The position numbers and the translations under genes are program-made. From a virus, in the IMG/VR virus record IMGVR_UViG_3300040856_003274, positions 32,001-96,000 of that record: a stretch of DNA of 64,000 nucleotides; one strand, written 5' to 3'. Shown here piece by piece: positions 29,860 to 39,700 of this stretch. The notes under the pieces were generated by a model. That model saw nothing but the letters and a program-made list of their open reading frames with translations. It made no database searches and was not told the DNA's origin. Each line of letters begins with the position of its first letter. Position 1 is the stretch's first letter.

Positions 29860-30843
29860 ATGGATCGCACAGCATATATGATGAAGAGAGCCTCTGCTCA
29901 GAACGAGTTAGCCTTTAAGATAGCCAACGGGCTATTTCTTACAGAGGCTGACAAGGCTTCTAATGAGATTTCCGACGAAGCTAAACAGGGCTTGGCTCTT
30001 ATCCGTAAGGGCGCTGGGTGCAACTCACTCTCTGCTTTCCTTAAGCAGACTGAAGGTAAGCAAGACATTGACGACACTGACCCAATACAGAAGCTCATAA
30101 AGGCACGTCTTCAAGGAGTCACTTCACCTGAAGAGGCTCAAGAGGTCATTGGCACTTTTGCAGTTGCTTATCAGAAGAAAGACATCGTGAAGATGGCTAA
30201 GATCGTGGAGATTGAAGCCAAGGTAATGTCTCTCATCTTGTTGTGGTACGTAAGAGATGATCAGAGCTTGTGGCAGAACAACTCTCCTATGGCAAGAACC
30301 GCCGCTAGTCGAGGCTATAACCGTCGTTATCGGTCACTTAAGAAAGTGCTCACCCTAATCTTAAAGGTTTCAGAGGGTACGCTTAGCTTTGTAGAGAAGA
30401 TTACAGGCGGTGTATCAGACTGGATCGTGCGTTTTCTTCCTGCTACTGCTGGCAAGTTAATCGGTAAGCCTATCAAGTGGGCTCTCTTGACAGGGATCGC
30501 TCTAAAAGCGTGGCCTACGATTACTCAGCTTGTAGCACTTAGTAAGCCTCTGTTCGCTCTAGCGGTGCTCAAGCTGAAGCTCTTAGTAGGGCCTATCGCT
30601 TTCGGCTCTGTAGTGTCTACCGCAGGGTTCGCTTTGGCGGTCTTGGCGGTCGCTTGGTTTGGTTACCAAGTCAAAGAATACCTCGCATGGGCGAAAGGTA
30701 AGCTCCTAGAGGCTATCAAGCTCCCTTTCGCATCGCTCCTGTTGATCCTTAAGACGGTGTTTAAGGGTGGCTACAGCCTTCTTAGATGGGCTTTTAGGGA
30801 CATTAAGGGCTACATTAGAGAGAACCGCGCTCTACTCACCTAA
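29860..30843 (+). CDS. Hypothetical protein with hydrophobic C-terminal half
   Basis: 327 aa; KRAS and RTAAS motifs bound its segments. Confidence 0.65.
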   Translation: MDRTAYMMKRASAQNELAFKIANGLFLTEADKASNEISDEAKQGLALIRKGAGCNSLSAFLKQTEGKQDIDDTDPIQKLIKARLQGVTSPEEAQEVIGTFAVAYQKKDIVKMAKIVEIEAKVMSLILLWYVRDDQSLWQNNSPMARTAASRGYNRRYRSLKKVLTLILKVSEGTLSFVEKITGGVSDWIVRFLPATAGKLIGKPIKWALLTGIALKAWPTITQLVALSKPLFALAVLKLKLLVGPIAFGSVVSTAGFALAVLAVAWFGYQVKEYLAWAKGKLLEAIKLPFASLLLILKTVFKGGYSLLRWAFRDIKGYIRENRALLT

Positions 30844-30864
30844 GAAACTTCAGGAGTCGAGGCT

Positions 30865-32598
30865 ATGGACAAGCGATCAGGCTTAATCAGACCCCCTCAA
30901 GGCTTAGTAGACCGTCTCACCGTTATCGGGCGAGGCGCGACGGCTAAATATTGGCTCGACAGGGAAGAGAGGGAGAGGGGTCAGAAGTGCCTCGATCAAG
31001 AAGATGTAGACGGCTTTGAGTGGGTTATCGAGGACATTGACGACCTCTGTCGTAACATAAGAAAAGGCGAGGTCAGCTTAGATGACGTTAAGTGGACTTT
31101 CCAAGCTAGTTTAAACACCACTAAACTTATCTTAGACAAGTGCGCCAGCATAGGGCTGACAATCCCTGCTCTTACTACAGAGCGCGTAATCTTAGCGCAT
31201 AAGAAACAGGAAGCGGCGCTAATCTTTGAAGACGAGCGGAGCTACCGCAATGAGCTTGCTGGGCTTGTGTCGAGGCTTGAGGCTATTCTTACAAAGACCC
31301 TTAAAACGCTAGTAGGTGAGCCTCTCTTCTCTGAGACTATGAGGGAGCAATACTTAGAGGCGAGTGCTCAAGTCGAACACAACGACCAGCAGTCATGGGT
31401 TGTCTTTGACTCTTTCTTAGGTGAGGTTAGACTTAATCTTATCATTAAGCGCACACCAACCTTAGGGAGCTATGTTTACAGGGGCTCTCAACATACGCTC
31501 CTGCTTTACGTGCATCCAGGTCGTGTAGGGTTTGACTTAGGAGAGATTAGAGACGTAGTGAGGCATGAGCTAGTCCACGCTATGCAAAAGCAGATCAGCC
31601 TTAATAACGAAGTCTCTCAAGCAGGGTTGCCACGCTCTAAGAGTGGCGTTTATCGCCAAGGTATGAGGGAGAAAGAGAAGGAGCTCAAAGTCGAGTACGC
31701 AAGAAAAGGGCTCGACCCTGAGGATGTGTCTATCCATGCGCTCGATGACATTGAGTTTTACTCGCGGCTACTTGATGAGGTGGTCAACTTCCAGCGTATT
31801 ATGGGCAGTAATCCGAGTAACGCCGATATACACAACCACATCTCTCGAAGGCTGTTCTTTAAGAGCCTCAAGCGCCAGCCTAAGAAATGGCGTAAAGCGG
31901 TAGGTATCTTCTCTTCTGAGGTGATGTCTCGTAATGTTAGGCGAGCCTCTGAGTTTAAGACTCCGCGCAAATGGAGTAAGGCTCATTGTGAGTCCAAGAG
32001 CTGTGACGAGATGGGCTTTTCTGAGAAAGCCTCTTGTCGTCCATATAAGAACTGCTATACCCCTAAAAGTACCTCTAAGAGGTCACATATTGACTCTAGC
32101 AACTTAAGGAAGCGCCTTGAACATGACTCAAGAGATGTTACTAGCCCACGTCCCTCACATCGTCAACCCTCAGCAAGAACCGCCGCCTTTAGCGACTTTA
32201 CCAAGACAGCGAGCGCGGAGGTGGTTCAGCTTCAACAGAGTCTTGAGCAGAGGTTTGAGGGACTCACCCTCTGGCTCACCCACTTCTCAGACTCCAACAT
32301 CCTAAGGATTAACGCGATCAGCTTCCCTAAGGATAAAAGAAAGCAAGGATCGGGCAGTCAAGTCATGGCAGAGATTGTCGCATGGGCAGACTCCCACAAC
32401 GCGATCTTGTCGCTGACTCCGAGCAAAGACTTCGGCGCGTCTTCAGTGAAGAGGCTTGAGAGGTTTTATCGACGCTTCGGTTTTAAGCCTAACAAGGGGC
32501 GCAACAAGGACTTTCGCACTAGAGACTCCATGCTGAGATATCCTGCCACAACAAAGATCGCCAGCCTTATGGACAGATACAGGAGACGTAAACCATGA
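30865..32598 (+). CDS. Multidomain protein: HExxH zincin-like + small Cys domain + GNAT acetyltransferase
   Basis: VRHELVHAMQ...EFYS; HCESKSCDEMGFSEKASCRPYKNCY; RKQGSGS...LERFYRRFGF. Confidence 0.7.
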   Translation: MDKRSGLIRPPQGLVDRLTVIGRGATAKYWLDREERERGQKCLDQEDVDGFEWVIEDIDDLCRNIRKGEVSLDDVKWTFQASLNTTKLILDKCASIGLTIPALTTERVILAHKKQEAALIFEDERSYRNELAGLVSRLEAILTKTLKTLVGEPLFSETMREQYLEASAQVEHNDQQSWVVFDSFLGEVRLNLIIKRTPTLGSYVYRGSQHTLLLYVHPGRVGFDLGEIRDVVRHELVHAMQKQISLNNEVSQAGLPRSKSGVYRQGMREKEKELKVEYARKGLDPEDVSIHALDDIEFYSRLLDEVVNFQRIMGSNPSNADIHNHISRRLFFKSLKRQPKKWRKAVGIFSSEVMSRNVRRASEFKTPRKWSKAHCESKSCDEMGFSEKASCRPYKNCYTPKSTSKRSHIDSSNLRKRLEHDSRDVTSPRPSHRQPSARTAAFSDFTKTASAEVVQLQQSLEQRFEGLTLWLTHFSDSNILRINAISFPKDKRKQGSGSQVMAEIVAWADSHNAILSLTPSKDFGASSVKRLERFYRRFGFKPNKGRNKDFRTRDSMLRYPATTKIASLMDRYRRRKP

Positions 32599-33386
32599 GA
32601 GCCTTAATCTTTCTTCTAATATTAGCCCCTACGTTAGCTTACGCTCAGGTCAACACTGAGGTGCTCAGGAGAGGAGGCCCGAAAGGCCACACAGGCTTTT
32701 CGAGCAGGTCATCCATAAAGGGCGACTACTCCACAGGCAACGTGGACTCTTCAGCTTTGGGGGCGAAGCTGAGGTTTGACTATCAGCTAGGCGACCACCA
32801 CTTCTTTTCTTATTCAGAGGGCGAGTACGGCTCGTCTGACAAGGGCGTGTTTAAAGAGAGTGGGTTTAGTCACTTGAGGTGGTCAGCCTTATGGTATGAC
32901 GATATGGGGACAGACCTTTTCGTCCAAGGTCAGTATGACCGCTTCCGTAATCTTAAGCTCAGAGCATTAGCGGGCGGGGGCTTCCGCATGGTAGGCTCAG
33001 CTCGTAAAGATTACCCTCAGCGCCCAGGTGCTCTTGGTACAGACACGGCTTACATTTGGGCTGTCGGTGTCGGTGCGATGGCGGAGTACGAAGAGCTGAG
33101 AGATGGTGATGGGGACGGGTTAGTGTTGAGGAGCACTAACTACGCTACGTTAGTGGTGGACTTAGATGAGGGACATAGCTTTACGGCTACCGCGTATTAC
33201 CAGCCCAAGTTTCAAGAAATCTCTGACTACCGCGTAACATTAGACATCACTTTAGAGTCTACTCTGTTCGGTATAGACTACCTGTTAGCTGGCCCTGTGT
33301 TCACTTACCGCTATGACTCAAGACCACCTGCGGGTGTCGAGCGTCAAGACACCGTGTTAAAGTACGCCCTGACCTTCCGCTACTAA
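32595..33386 (+). CDS. DUF481/YdiY-like outer-membrane beta-barrel protein
   Basis: Signal peptide (AYA-Q), GNVDS, QYDRFRNLKLRALAGGG, YYQP, YDSRPP, terminal YALTFRY beta-signal. Confidence 0.8.
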   Translation: MRALIFLLILAPTLAYAQVNTEVLRRGGPKGHTGFSSRSSIKGDYSTGNVDSSALGAKLRFDYQLGDHHFFSYSEGEYGSSDKGVFKESGFSHLRWSALWYDDMGTDLFVQGQYDRFRNLKLRALAGGGFRMVGSARKDYPQRPGALGTDTAYIWAVGVGAMAEYEELRDGDGDGLVLRSTNYATLVVDLDEGHSFTATAYYQPKFQEISDYRVTLDITLESTLFGIDYLLAGPVFTYRYDSRPPAGVERQDTVLKYALTFRY

Positions 33387-33479
33387 GATTTTTTAGCGAA
33401 AAAAGGGCGTATAGAATTGTGCGAACGATATGCGTGCGCGGGAGCGTGCGTACACGCGTGCGTGAGCACTAGGCTGAAT

Positions 33480-33503
33480 GTCGGGGGAAAAAAGTAATCC
33501 GTA
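33480..33503 (+). promoter_or_regulatory. 24-bp conserved promoter-like box (unpaired; hub half-site at 33408-33418)
   Basis: Exact copy preceded by a single CGTATAGAATT and an alternating purine-pyrimidine tract. Confidence 0.8.
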
Positions 33504-33580
33504 GTGTTATCAGAGGGGGGCGGTCGCTCCCCTGTTACTTCAATAGCTCACAGTGAGCTACTCTATGAAAGGTTAATGCG

Positions 33581-33961
33581 ATGTCTACGCATACCAACAC
33601 TACTACAGACTCTATCCGAATTGCACCTGCTGGCGAGTACCTCCGCTACTCAGGCATCGACGAGGCGCGTAAGGCGCTTCGCGAGGGTGAAGAGCTTTTG
33701 ATCGGCGGGTTCCCTAAGCACATCGTGACTGTGTGGGTGAACCCTAATGCGACTGACTCTACCCCCTCTGAGTTGCTCAACTTCGGTTTGGCAGAGGATG
33801 AGGTACAGGCCCAAGTTGTTAAGACTGATATGAGCCTCGCTCAGCTCGTTGAGCAGTTTGGTACTCTTGAGGCTAAGGCTAAGCTCGCAGAGATCGACCG
33901 CGATCTGAACCGCGTTTGCTTCAACCTCCACCTCATTGGAAAGCTCGGCTTCAACCTCTGA
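33581..33961 (+). CDS. Hypothetical protein (island 2)
   Basis: GAAAGGT upstream; sits between the promoter box and the terminal hairpin. Confidence 0.7.
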   Translation: MSTHTNTTTDSIRIAPAGEYLRYSGIDEARKALREGEELLIGGFPKHIVTVWVNPNATDSTPSELLNFGLAEDEVQAQVVKTDMSLAQLVEQFGTLEAKAKLAEIDRDLNRVCFNLHLIGKLGFNL

Positions 33962-34020
33962 GACTGAGCGAGCGAGACTGAGCGAAGCGCCTCACCTTGT
34001 GAGAGCGCGTCTGTGGTGAT

Positions 34021-34085
34021 ACAGAAACCCCTCACCCCCCAACCTGACTAGCAGGATGGGCGGTGGGGGGTTTTCTGTCGGGAGT
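34021..34085 (+). terminator. Island-terminal hairpin ending TTTTCTGTCGGGAG
   Basis: ACAGAAACCCCTCACC...GGTGGGGGGTTTTCTGT. Confidence 0.75.
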
Positions 34086-34099
34086 AAACCTGCGCGGTG

Positions 34100-34972
34100 T
34101 TAGCCCTGTAAGATTAGGGTGCGCCTCTCGTCTCTCACCTTGATCAACTCCTCTAGCTCAGCTTGAGCCTGCTCAACCTCCTCAGCTCTCATGAGGATTT
34201 CTTCTGTCAGCTCTGTCATAGGCATATCGTCAGAGGTGGCTTGAGACTCATAGTGCTCATAATGCTTAGAGGCATACTGACACGCGATAGGTGTGGAGTA
34301 GATGCCGTGTGTAGCGACCTCTTCCCAACTGTCGAGAGCATTGCTGAGGTGGTAAGCTACTCTCCTCCGAGTCTTAGTGTCTTGAGGCATTGAAGGTAGG
34401 GTCTGATCTGTCTTATAGCAGTAGTCTCTAACCTTATTCCTGACGGTCAAGGGCGAGAGCCCGCTAAACTCAGAGATCACCTTCCAACCTAAGCCACCTT
34501 TACGCGCCTCAAACATCTCTTCCTCTGTAGTGATCCAAGACTCCTTCTCTTTTGAAGCTACACCGTAATCAATCAAGAGACTTGGCATACTCAGTACGTA
34601 CTCTAATACACCGAAGTAGGATGCCAGCTCCTTCCATGTAAGGCTTGGCTCAACCCTCTTAATCTCTTCAGCGAGGGGCGGATAATTTTTGTAGCTTGTC
34701 TGCTCCAAAAGCTTCTGCCCTTTCTTCTTAGTGTAATACTCAGAAGAGTAGCTGTCCTTAATCTGATAGGTGCTGTAGAGGTCGTGTCTCTCTGCACTCA
34801 CCAAAACCGCCTTGATCCAACAGCGTAAGCGGAGAGGGTCTGTGAGCCGAGCGGAGACGGTATAACGCTCAACTGCTTGGCGAACCTGTGTTGTAGGTGA
34901 TTGGGTAATCTTAGCAAGGGTTTTGTAGGTCGCCCCCTTGACGATATGGTCGTATAGTCTCTTGCTGTTCAT
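34100..34972 (-). CDS. Hypothetical protein with several HTH-like segments
   Basis: GATYKTLAK, LTWKELAS, GLGWKVISEFSGLS, SWEEVA patterns. Confidence 0.6.
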   Translation of the reverse strand: MNSKRLYDHIVKGATYKTLAKITQSPTTQVRQAVERYTVSARLTDPLRLRCWIKAVLVSAERHDLYSTYQIKDSYSSEYYTKKKGQKLLEQTSYKNYPPLAEEIKRVEPSLTWKELASYFGVLEYVLSMPSLLIDYGVASKEKESWITTEEEMFEARKGGLGWKVISEFSGLSPLTVRNKVRDYCYKTDQTLPSMPQDTKTRRRVAYHLSNALDSWEEVATHGIYSTPIACQYASKHYEHYESQATSDDMPMTELTEEILMRAEEVEQAQAELEELIKVRDERRTLILQG

Positions 34973-35091
34973 TAACTTACCTCTTCGAGTAGACTTGGGT
35001 GATGTGCTTCAGGTCTTTATTGTTTTTTTTGCGGTTGTCGTTAAGTAGAGAACCGACTGCACACTTGCGCTTGCTCATTGGGTAGCCTTTC

Positions 35092-35583
35092 TTAGGTATT
35101 GAGATCGTCTGATCGGAGGCTGACTCTTGGTTTGCTCTCGCGAACGTCAAGATGAGAGAGCACCTCGCGATAAAGGTCATGGTTTTCTTTTAGCTTCTCA
35201 AGGGCTCCTCTCTTCAGATTGTACTTGGTGTCTACGAAAGAGTTAAAAGACGCGCCTAATATCCTTCTGAGAGGCTCTACGTCGTTGATTAGGTAGTTAG
35301 CCCGTTGTTTGCTGACTTTAATCCAGCCTCCGTTGGTGTTGTATACCCACTCGCCTTCATCGCGTAAGAAAGGTGTCGCGGTCTGTCGTGCGATCTCCTT
35401 GGTAGGCTCTACAGCCTTTGCGAGCTTTTGGCTCATGTCCCAAAGGAAGATCGCCAAGTCTGTCTTCATTGAGAAGGGTGTATCAGCATCGTTAAGCGTA
35501 TCGACCATCTCCTCTACGATGTCTTTGAGAGTCTCTTGGTCTTCTCGGTACGTCTTCATTGAGATGTCATCTGTGCCGTACAT
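35092..35583 (-). CDS. Hypothetical protein
   Basis: ORF 35092-35718; ATG 35583 taken as the likely start. Confidence 0.55.
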   Translation of the reverse strand: MYGTDDISMKTYREDQETLKDIVEEMVDTLNDADTPFSMKTDLAIFLWDMSQKLAKAVEPTKEIARQTATPFLRDEGEWVYNTNGGWIKVSKQRANYLINDVEPLRRILGASFNSFVDTKYNLKRGALEKLKENHDLYREVLSHLDVRESKPRVSLRSDDLNT

Positions 35584-35806
35584 GGGCTTTCTCTTTTCTG
35601 AGGAGAGTCTCCTCGGTGTGTAGCTGGCGAGTGTTTCCGCCTTCACAAACTTTACACTTGCGAGGCTAAAAGATGACCAAAAAAGTAAGCTCTGACTTTT
35701 CTTATCTAACAAAATCAAGCGGTTAGCCGTTTTACTGTTTTGAGGAGGCTTGACAGTTTTGCGGATAGTGTAGAAGATTTAAGTATAGCGCAAGTGAGGA
35801 GTGCCT

Positions 35807-35932
35807 ATGAGAGATCGTTACCCTAAGGCGTATGAAGAGCGTCCGTACCTTGAAATCCCACCTCCACCTCCACCACCTAAACAAGAAAACAAACCAAAAG
35901 AGCGGAAAAGGGTTATTATTATAGACCTTTAA
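35807..35932 (+). CDS. 41-aa proline-rich small protein (not in the ORF track)
   Basis: GAGGAG RBS; MRDRYPKAYEERPYLEIPPPPPPPKQENKPKERKRVIIIDL. Confidence 0.65.
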   Translation: MRDRYPKAYEERPYLEIPPPPPPPKQENKPKERKRVIIIDL

Positions 35933-35947
35933 TCACAGGAGACAGAC

Positions 35948-36268
35948 ATGACCGCCGTTGTATTTACTCAAGACATGCCCAAATACGTAAAGGTTCAAGA
36001 CTTCGAGGAGCTTTTAGACAACCACATCCTAGGCAAGAGCTTCGAGGTAACCGTAGGTAAGCCTCCGCCAGCTAAAAAACCTTACTACTTCCCTGACTCG
36101 GTAGCCGCCGCTTTAAGGGGCGGTAAGGATTTGCTCGCTGTCGTAGACTCGCACCTGTACGAGGATTATACTGTACGGGTAGAGTGGGTTAAGAAACGTG
36201 AGCATAATCAGAGAGTTATGAGACGGTTTAAAAAAATTGGGGAGCGCGAGCGCCGCTTTAGTGTATAG
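35948..36268 (+). CDS. Hypothetical protein
   Basis: AGGAG RBS. Confidence 0.65.
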   Translation: MTAVVFTQDMPKYVKVQDFEELLDNHILGKSFEVTVGKPPPAKKPYYFPDSVAAALRGGKDLLAVVDSHLYEDYTVRVEWVKKREHNQRVMRRFKKIGERERRFSV

Positions 36269-36317
36269 GGGATGTGGATGACCACACCCAACCCTAACAG
36301 ATGGAGCACACCAAAAA

Positions 36318-36788
36318 ATGGTCGTATACCAACTGATACACAATCTCTCGACGCAGACTTGTGGAGAGATTGACATTCTCCCCTTTACCCAGGCTTTCGC
36401 TACTAAAGCAGAGGCTGAGAAGAGAAGGCGCGAAATCTTGTCCTCGCTAAAGGCGCTCGCAAACGCTAACAAAGCGACCGTAAAAGAAAACTTCGAGTGT
36501 ACCCCTGCTGAGTACATGAAGTACGCTGGATTTCGTGTCTCTATCGTGAAGCATAAGGTCACGAAAGAGGAGCTGCTCTCTTTTATTTCATCTATCCCTT
36601 GTGGGGAGTACCAGTCGAGTATTCAATATGTAAGAAACCACGATGCGGCAGTCGTTGCGGTATGGGATGATATTCCTAAAGATGACCCTCTCGCACACAG
36701 TGACTTGTCGTGGACGCTTTATAATGACAACATACAACAGATTACCGTTGAGCCCCGTGAAGATGAGGCTGAGGAGTCGGTATTGTAA
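36318..36788 (+). CDS. Hypothetical protein
   Basis: GGAG RBS; coupled to the next ORF. Confidence 0.65.
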   Translation: MVVYQLIHNLSTQTCGEIDILPFTQAFATKAEAEKRRREILSSLKALANANKATVKENFECTPAEYMKYAGFRVSIVKHKVTKEELLSFISSIPCGEYQSSIQYVRNHDAAVVAVWDDIPKDDPLAHSDLSWTLYNDNIQQITVEPREDEAEESVL

Positions 36789-37027
36789 TGTACACCATAT
36801 CGCTAATGTCGAACCCTGATGAGAGTGGCTTTAGCCACGGAGTTACCCTCTCTAAACACCGCAAAAAAGAGCGGGCAGAGGAGAACCTGAAGAAATACCA
36901 GGCGATCTACGCAAGCGATGAAGATAAGAGTGTTGTGATGAGCCACACCATCTCTAAGTCAGCTCAGAGGAGAGCACGACAAGGTGCTTGCCCTGAGCTA
37001 AGAAAGCTGTTCGCGCCGTTCCTCTGA
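36788..37027 (+). CDS. Hypothetical protein
   Basis: TAATG stop-start overlap. Confidence 0.6.
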   Translation: MYTISLMSNPDESGFSHGVTLSKHRKKERAEENLKKYQAIYASDEDKSVVMSHTISKSAQRRARQGACPELRKLFAPFL

Positions 37028-37281
37028 AGGCAAATGAACGGGTAGTGGTTTACTGATAGCCACACCTGATCCTCTGAGACGATAAGCACCCCGTCAACCT
37101 CAAGCCTAAGCGCACAGAGGTCTGACAGGGTGCTTTTGCTATTATGGGATAAATGGGCGGTGCTCAAGTAGACGTTGCCCATGCACAAGTAGCGTAGCGG
37201 AGAGGCCACTTTACGGGCTAAATTGTAGTAGCTACTGCCGCGCTTCACGTAAACCTCAAGTGTGAGCACTAGCTCTTTCAT
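36964..37281 (-). CDS. Hypothetical protein
   Basis: Starts immediately after the SOD stop. Confidence 0.45.
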   Translation of the reverse strand: MKELVLTLEVYVKRGSSYYNLARKVASPLRYLCMGNVYLSTAHLSHNSKSTLSDLCALRLEVDGVLIVSEDQVWLSVNHYPFICLQRNGANSFLSSGQAPCRALL

Positions 37282-37282
37282 C

Positions 37283-37882
37283 TTAAGCGAACCGCCAGCT
37301 CAACAGGTTGTCGATGACCTCCTCAAGAAACTCCTCCCTCCCGTTGTCGTAGTCCTTGTAATAAGCGTGCTCCCAAAGGTCTATCGTGAGGATAGGTTTG
37401 TGACCTCTCATCATAGGTGTGTTCTGATTGAGCGTTGAGTAGACCCTCAGCTCTCCCTCTTGAGTCTCCGCGAGCCACACCCACCCTGAACCGAAGTGGC
37501 TTGTGCCTTTCTTTAGCAGCTCTCTGCGGAGCTCCGCGTACCCTCCGAAGGTTTGCCTGACTTTATTTTGGAAGGTGCGGGGAGTCTCTTCGTAGGGAAG
37601 GGGAGTAGGTGAGAGGCAGAGCCAATAAAAGGAGTGGTTCCATGCTCCGCCACCGAAGTCAATCACGGACTGCTTAATCTCTTGAGGCAACCATTTAGGG
37701 TTAGAGATTAGCTCATACAGAGAGCCCACACTTTTAAGCAGACCTGGACAGTCTTCGAGGGTTTTGTTGAGTTTGTCGATGTATCCCTTTTGGTGCGACA
37801 GGTGATGGAGCCTCATCGCCTCTTCAGAGATAAACGGCTCTAGAGCGCCGTAAGAATAGGGTAGCGGTTGTAATGTTAGCAT
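37283..37882 (-). CDS. sod: Fe/Mn superoxide dismutase
   Basis: LPYSYGALEP, LHHLSHQ, WNHSFYW, FGSGWVWL, DLWEHAYY; ATG 37882 follows AGGA. Confidence 0.95.
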   Translation of the reverse strand: MLTLQPLPYSYGALEPFISEEAMRLHHLSHQKGYIDKLNKTLEDCPGLLKSVGSLYELISNPKWLPQEIKQSVIDFGGGAWNHSFYWLCLSPTPLPYEETPRTFQNKVRQTFGGYAELRRELLKKGTSHFGSGWVWLAETQEGELRVYSTLNQNTPMMRGHKPILTIDLWEHAYYKDYDNGREEFLEEVIDNLLSWRFA

Positions 37883-37976
37883 GGTGAGTCCTCTTTCGGT
37901 TAGGTTTAGGTTAGCATAATCTCTCTTTACCTGAGAGAGGTTGTGTAGACGGCTTATCAAGGAGAGAAGGTAGCCC

Positions 37977-39314
37977 ATGCAAACCATAGTAATAGACACT
38001 TCGGTGTTCATCCACGATCCAAACGCGGTAGACAACTATCAAGGCCACAGGGTCGCTGTCCCCATCTACGTCATTATGGAGCTTGATGACTTAAAAGACG
38101 CTAAGAAAGGTGAGGTGTCACAGCTTGCTCGTAAAGCCTCTAACAAGATCCTAATGTACCTCAACGAGGACTCGTTCGACGGTGAGCTAGAGGTCATCGG
38201 TTTAACGGAAGCTGATTTAGGTGTGGACACGCTCGACAAGTCTTTTATGGACACCAACCGTAAGATGGACACTCTCATCTTACAGAGTGCGATTGGTCAA
38301 AAGCGAGCTGGACATGAAGTGCTGCTACTAACCAAGGATATTAATCTTAGGATACTCGCGCTCTCTGAGGGCTTGCAGGCTGAAGATTACGACATCGACC
38401 ATGTGTCTATGAACGAGATATGGAGAGGCTCTCAAAAGATTAACACTGACCAGCTTTCTTCTGACGCTTTCGCTGACGTGGTGGAGTCTTATTGGAAGGG
38501 CGCGGTTAACCTAGACACAGTTAGAGAGCACCTCAGAGCTGACCCTATCCAAAACGAGTTTATCGTCTTTGATGAGGGCGGTAAAACTCACTTGTTTAGG
38601 CACGACAAGGGCAAGTGCGTACCTATCGACAAGAAGGAGACGCATTGTAATCTTAAGGCGCGTAATCTTGAGCAGACAATGGCGCTTAATCTGCTAGGAC
38701 GTAGCGACATCGAGCTCTGCTGTATCATCGGCAAAGCGGGGACGGGCAAGACGATACTTGCTTTGGGCTCAGCCCTAGCTCAGCTCGGCAACGGCGCGGG
38801 TTATTACGACCGTATAATCTTAACCAAGCCCGTTGTAGATGTGGGGCGCGGTATCGGTTTTCTTCCAGGGGGCATCGGTGAGAAGATGGAGCCTTGGATG
38901 CAGAGCTTCTTCGACAACCTCGACCAGCTCCTCCCTCCTACAGGGTCTGATAAAGAGAAGGGGGCGCATAAGGCTGAGAGCACATGGCTACCACTCCTTG
39001 AGAGCGGTGTGATTGAGATACAGCCTATCAACACAATTCGAGGGCGCTCTCTGAGTAGGTCATTCATGATCATTGACGAGGCGCAGAACCTCACTAAGCA
39101 TGAGGTCAAGTCTATCATTACGAGAGCCGCAGAAGGCACTAAGGTAATCTTAATGGGTGATCCCTACCAAGTAGACAACCCTTACCTTGACAAAAACAAT
39201 AACGGGCTCGTCTATGTCGTGGAGCGCATGAAAGGTCAGGACTGCTTCGGCGCTACGATGCTCAAGCGGTCTGAGAGATCAAGACTGTCAGACCTCGCGG
39301 CTGATCTCCTCTAA
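37977..39314 (+). CDS. phoH: PIN-PhoH (PhoH2) protein
   Basis: VIDTSVFIHD and LLTKDINLR (PIN); GKAGTGKT, IGFLPG, IRGRSL, IIDEAQN, GDPYQVD (PhoH). Confidence 0.93.
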   Translation: MQTIVIDTSVFIHDPNAVDNYQGHRVAVPIYVIMELDDLKDAKKGEVSQLARKASNKILMYLNEDSFDGELEVIGLTEADLGVDTLDKSFMDTNRKMDTLILQSAIGQKRAGHEVLLLTKDINLRILALSEGLQAEDYDIDHVSMNEIWRGSQKINTDQLSSDAFADVVESYWKGAVNLDTVREHLRADPIQNEFIVFDEGGKTHLFRHDKGKCVPIDKKETHCNLKARNLEQTMALNLLGRSDIELCCIIGKAGTGKTILALGSALAQLGNGAGYYDRIILTKPVVDVGRGIGFLPGGIGEKMEPWMQSFFDNLDQLLPPTGSDKEKGAHKAESTWLPLLESGVIEIQPINTIRGRSLSRSFMIIDEAQNLTKHEVKSIITRAAEGTKVILMGDPYQVDNPYLDKNNNGLVYVVERMKGQDCFGATMLKRSERSRLSDLAADLL

Positions 39315-39453
39315 AAAAAATGGCTACGTCAGGGCTTTCTTAGTGTATAAAAAGCAAACCTAATACACTAAGGGAGGTCGTTTTGATCCCAGCTCTTATC
39401 GCAGGCTTCCTTGAGGTCGCCTTGATCCTCTACATTGTGGAGGTGTACCGCAG

Positions 39454-39684
39454 ATGACTAGCTATGATGAGCGAGAGCGCCAAGCTCTCAGTAGAGGCTA
39501 CTACTCTCTCAAAGAGGGTGAGTCCACCTCTGTAAAACCTACTAAGGTTGTTGCCTACATGGTGACTGAGGAGGACGCGGAGACGTTCTCAGTAGGGGAC
39601 GTTTTCACCGCCCGAAATGGGCAGTGGTACATCAAAATCGCCACCAACGATTACCGCCCTTGGGTGTGGGTATCTAACTCTTAA
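39454..39684 (+). CDS. Hypothetical protein
   Basis: GGAGG RBS. Confidence 0.55.
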   Translation: MTSYDERERQALSRGYYSLKEGESTSVKPTKVVAYMVTEEDAETFSVGDVFTARNGQWYIKIATNDYRPWVWVSNS

Positions 39685-39700
39685 AAAAGTGAGATAAGAA

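Noticed and set aside
35750-35780. Canonical sigma70 promoter at TTGACA 35750
   Set aside because: No good TAnnnT at 16-18 bp spacing; the GGCT/TAGTGTA pattern explains the site better.
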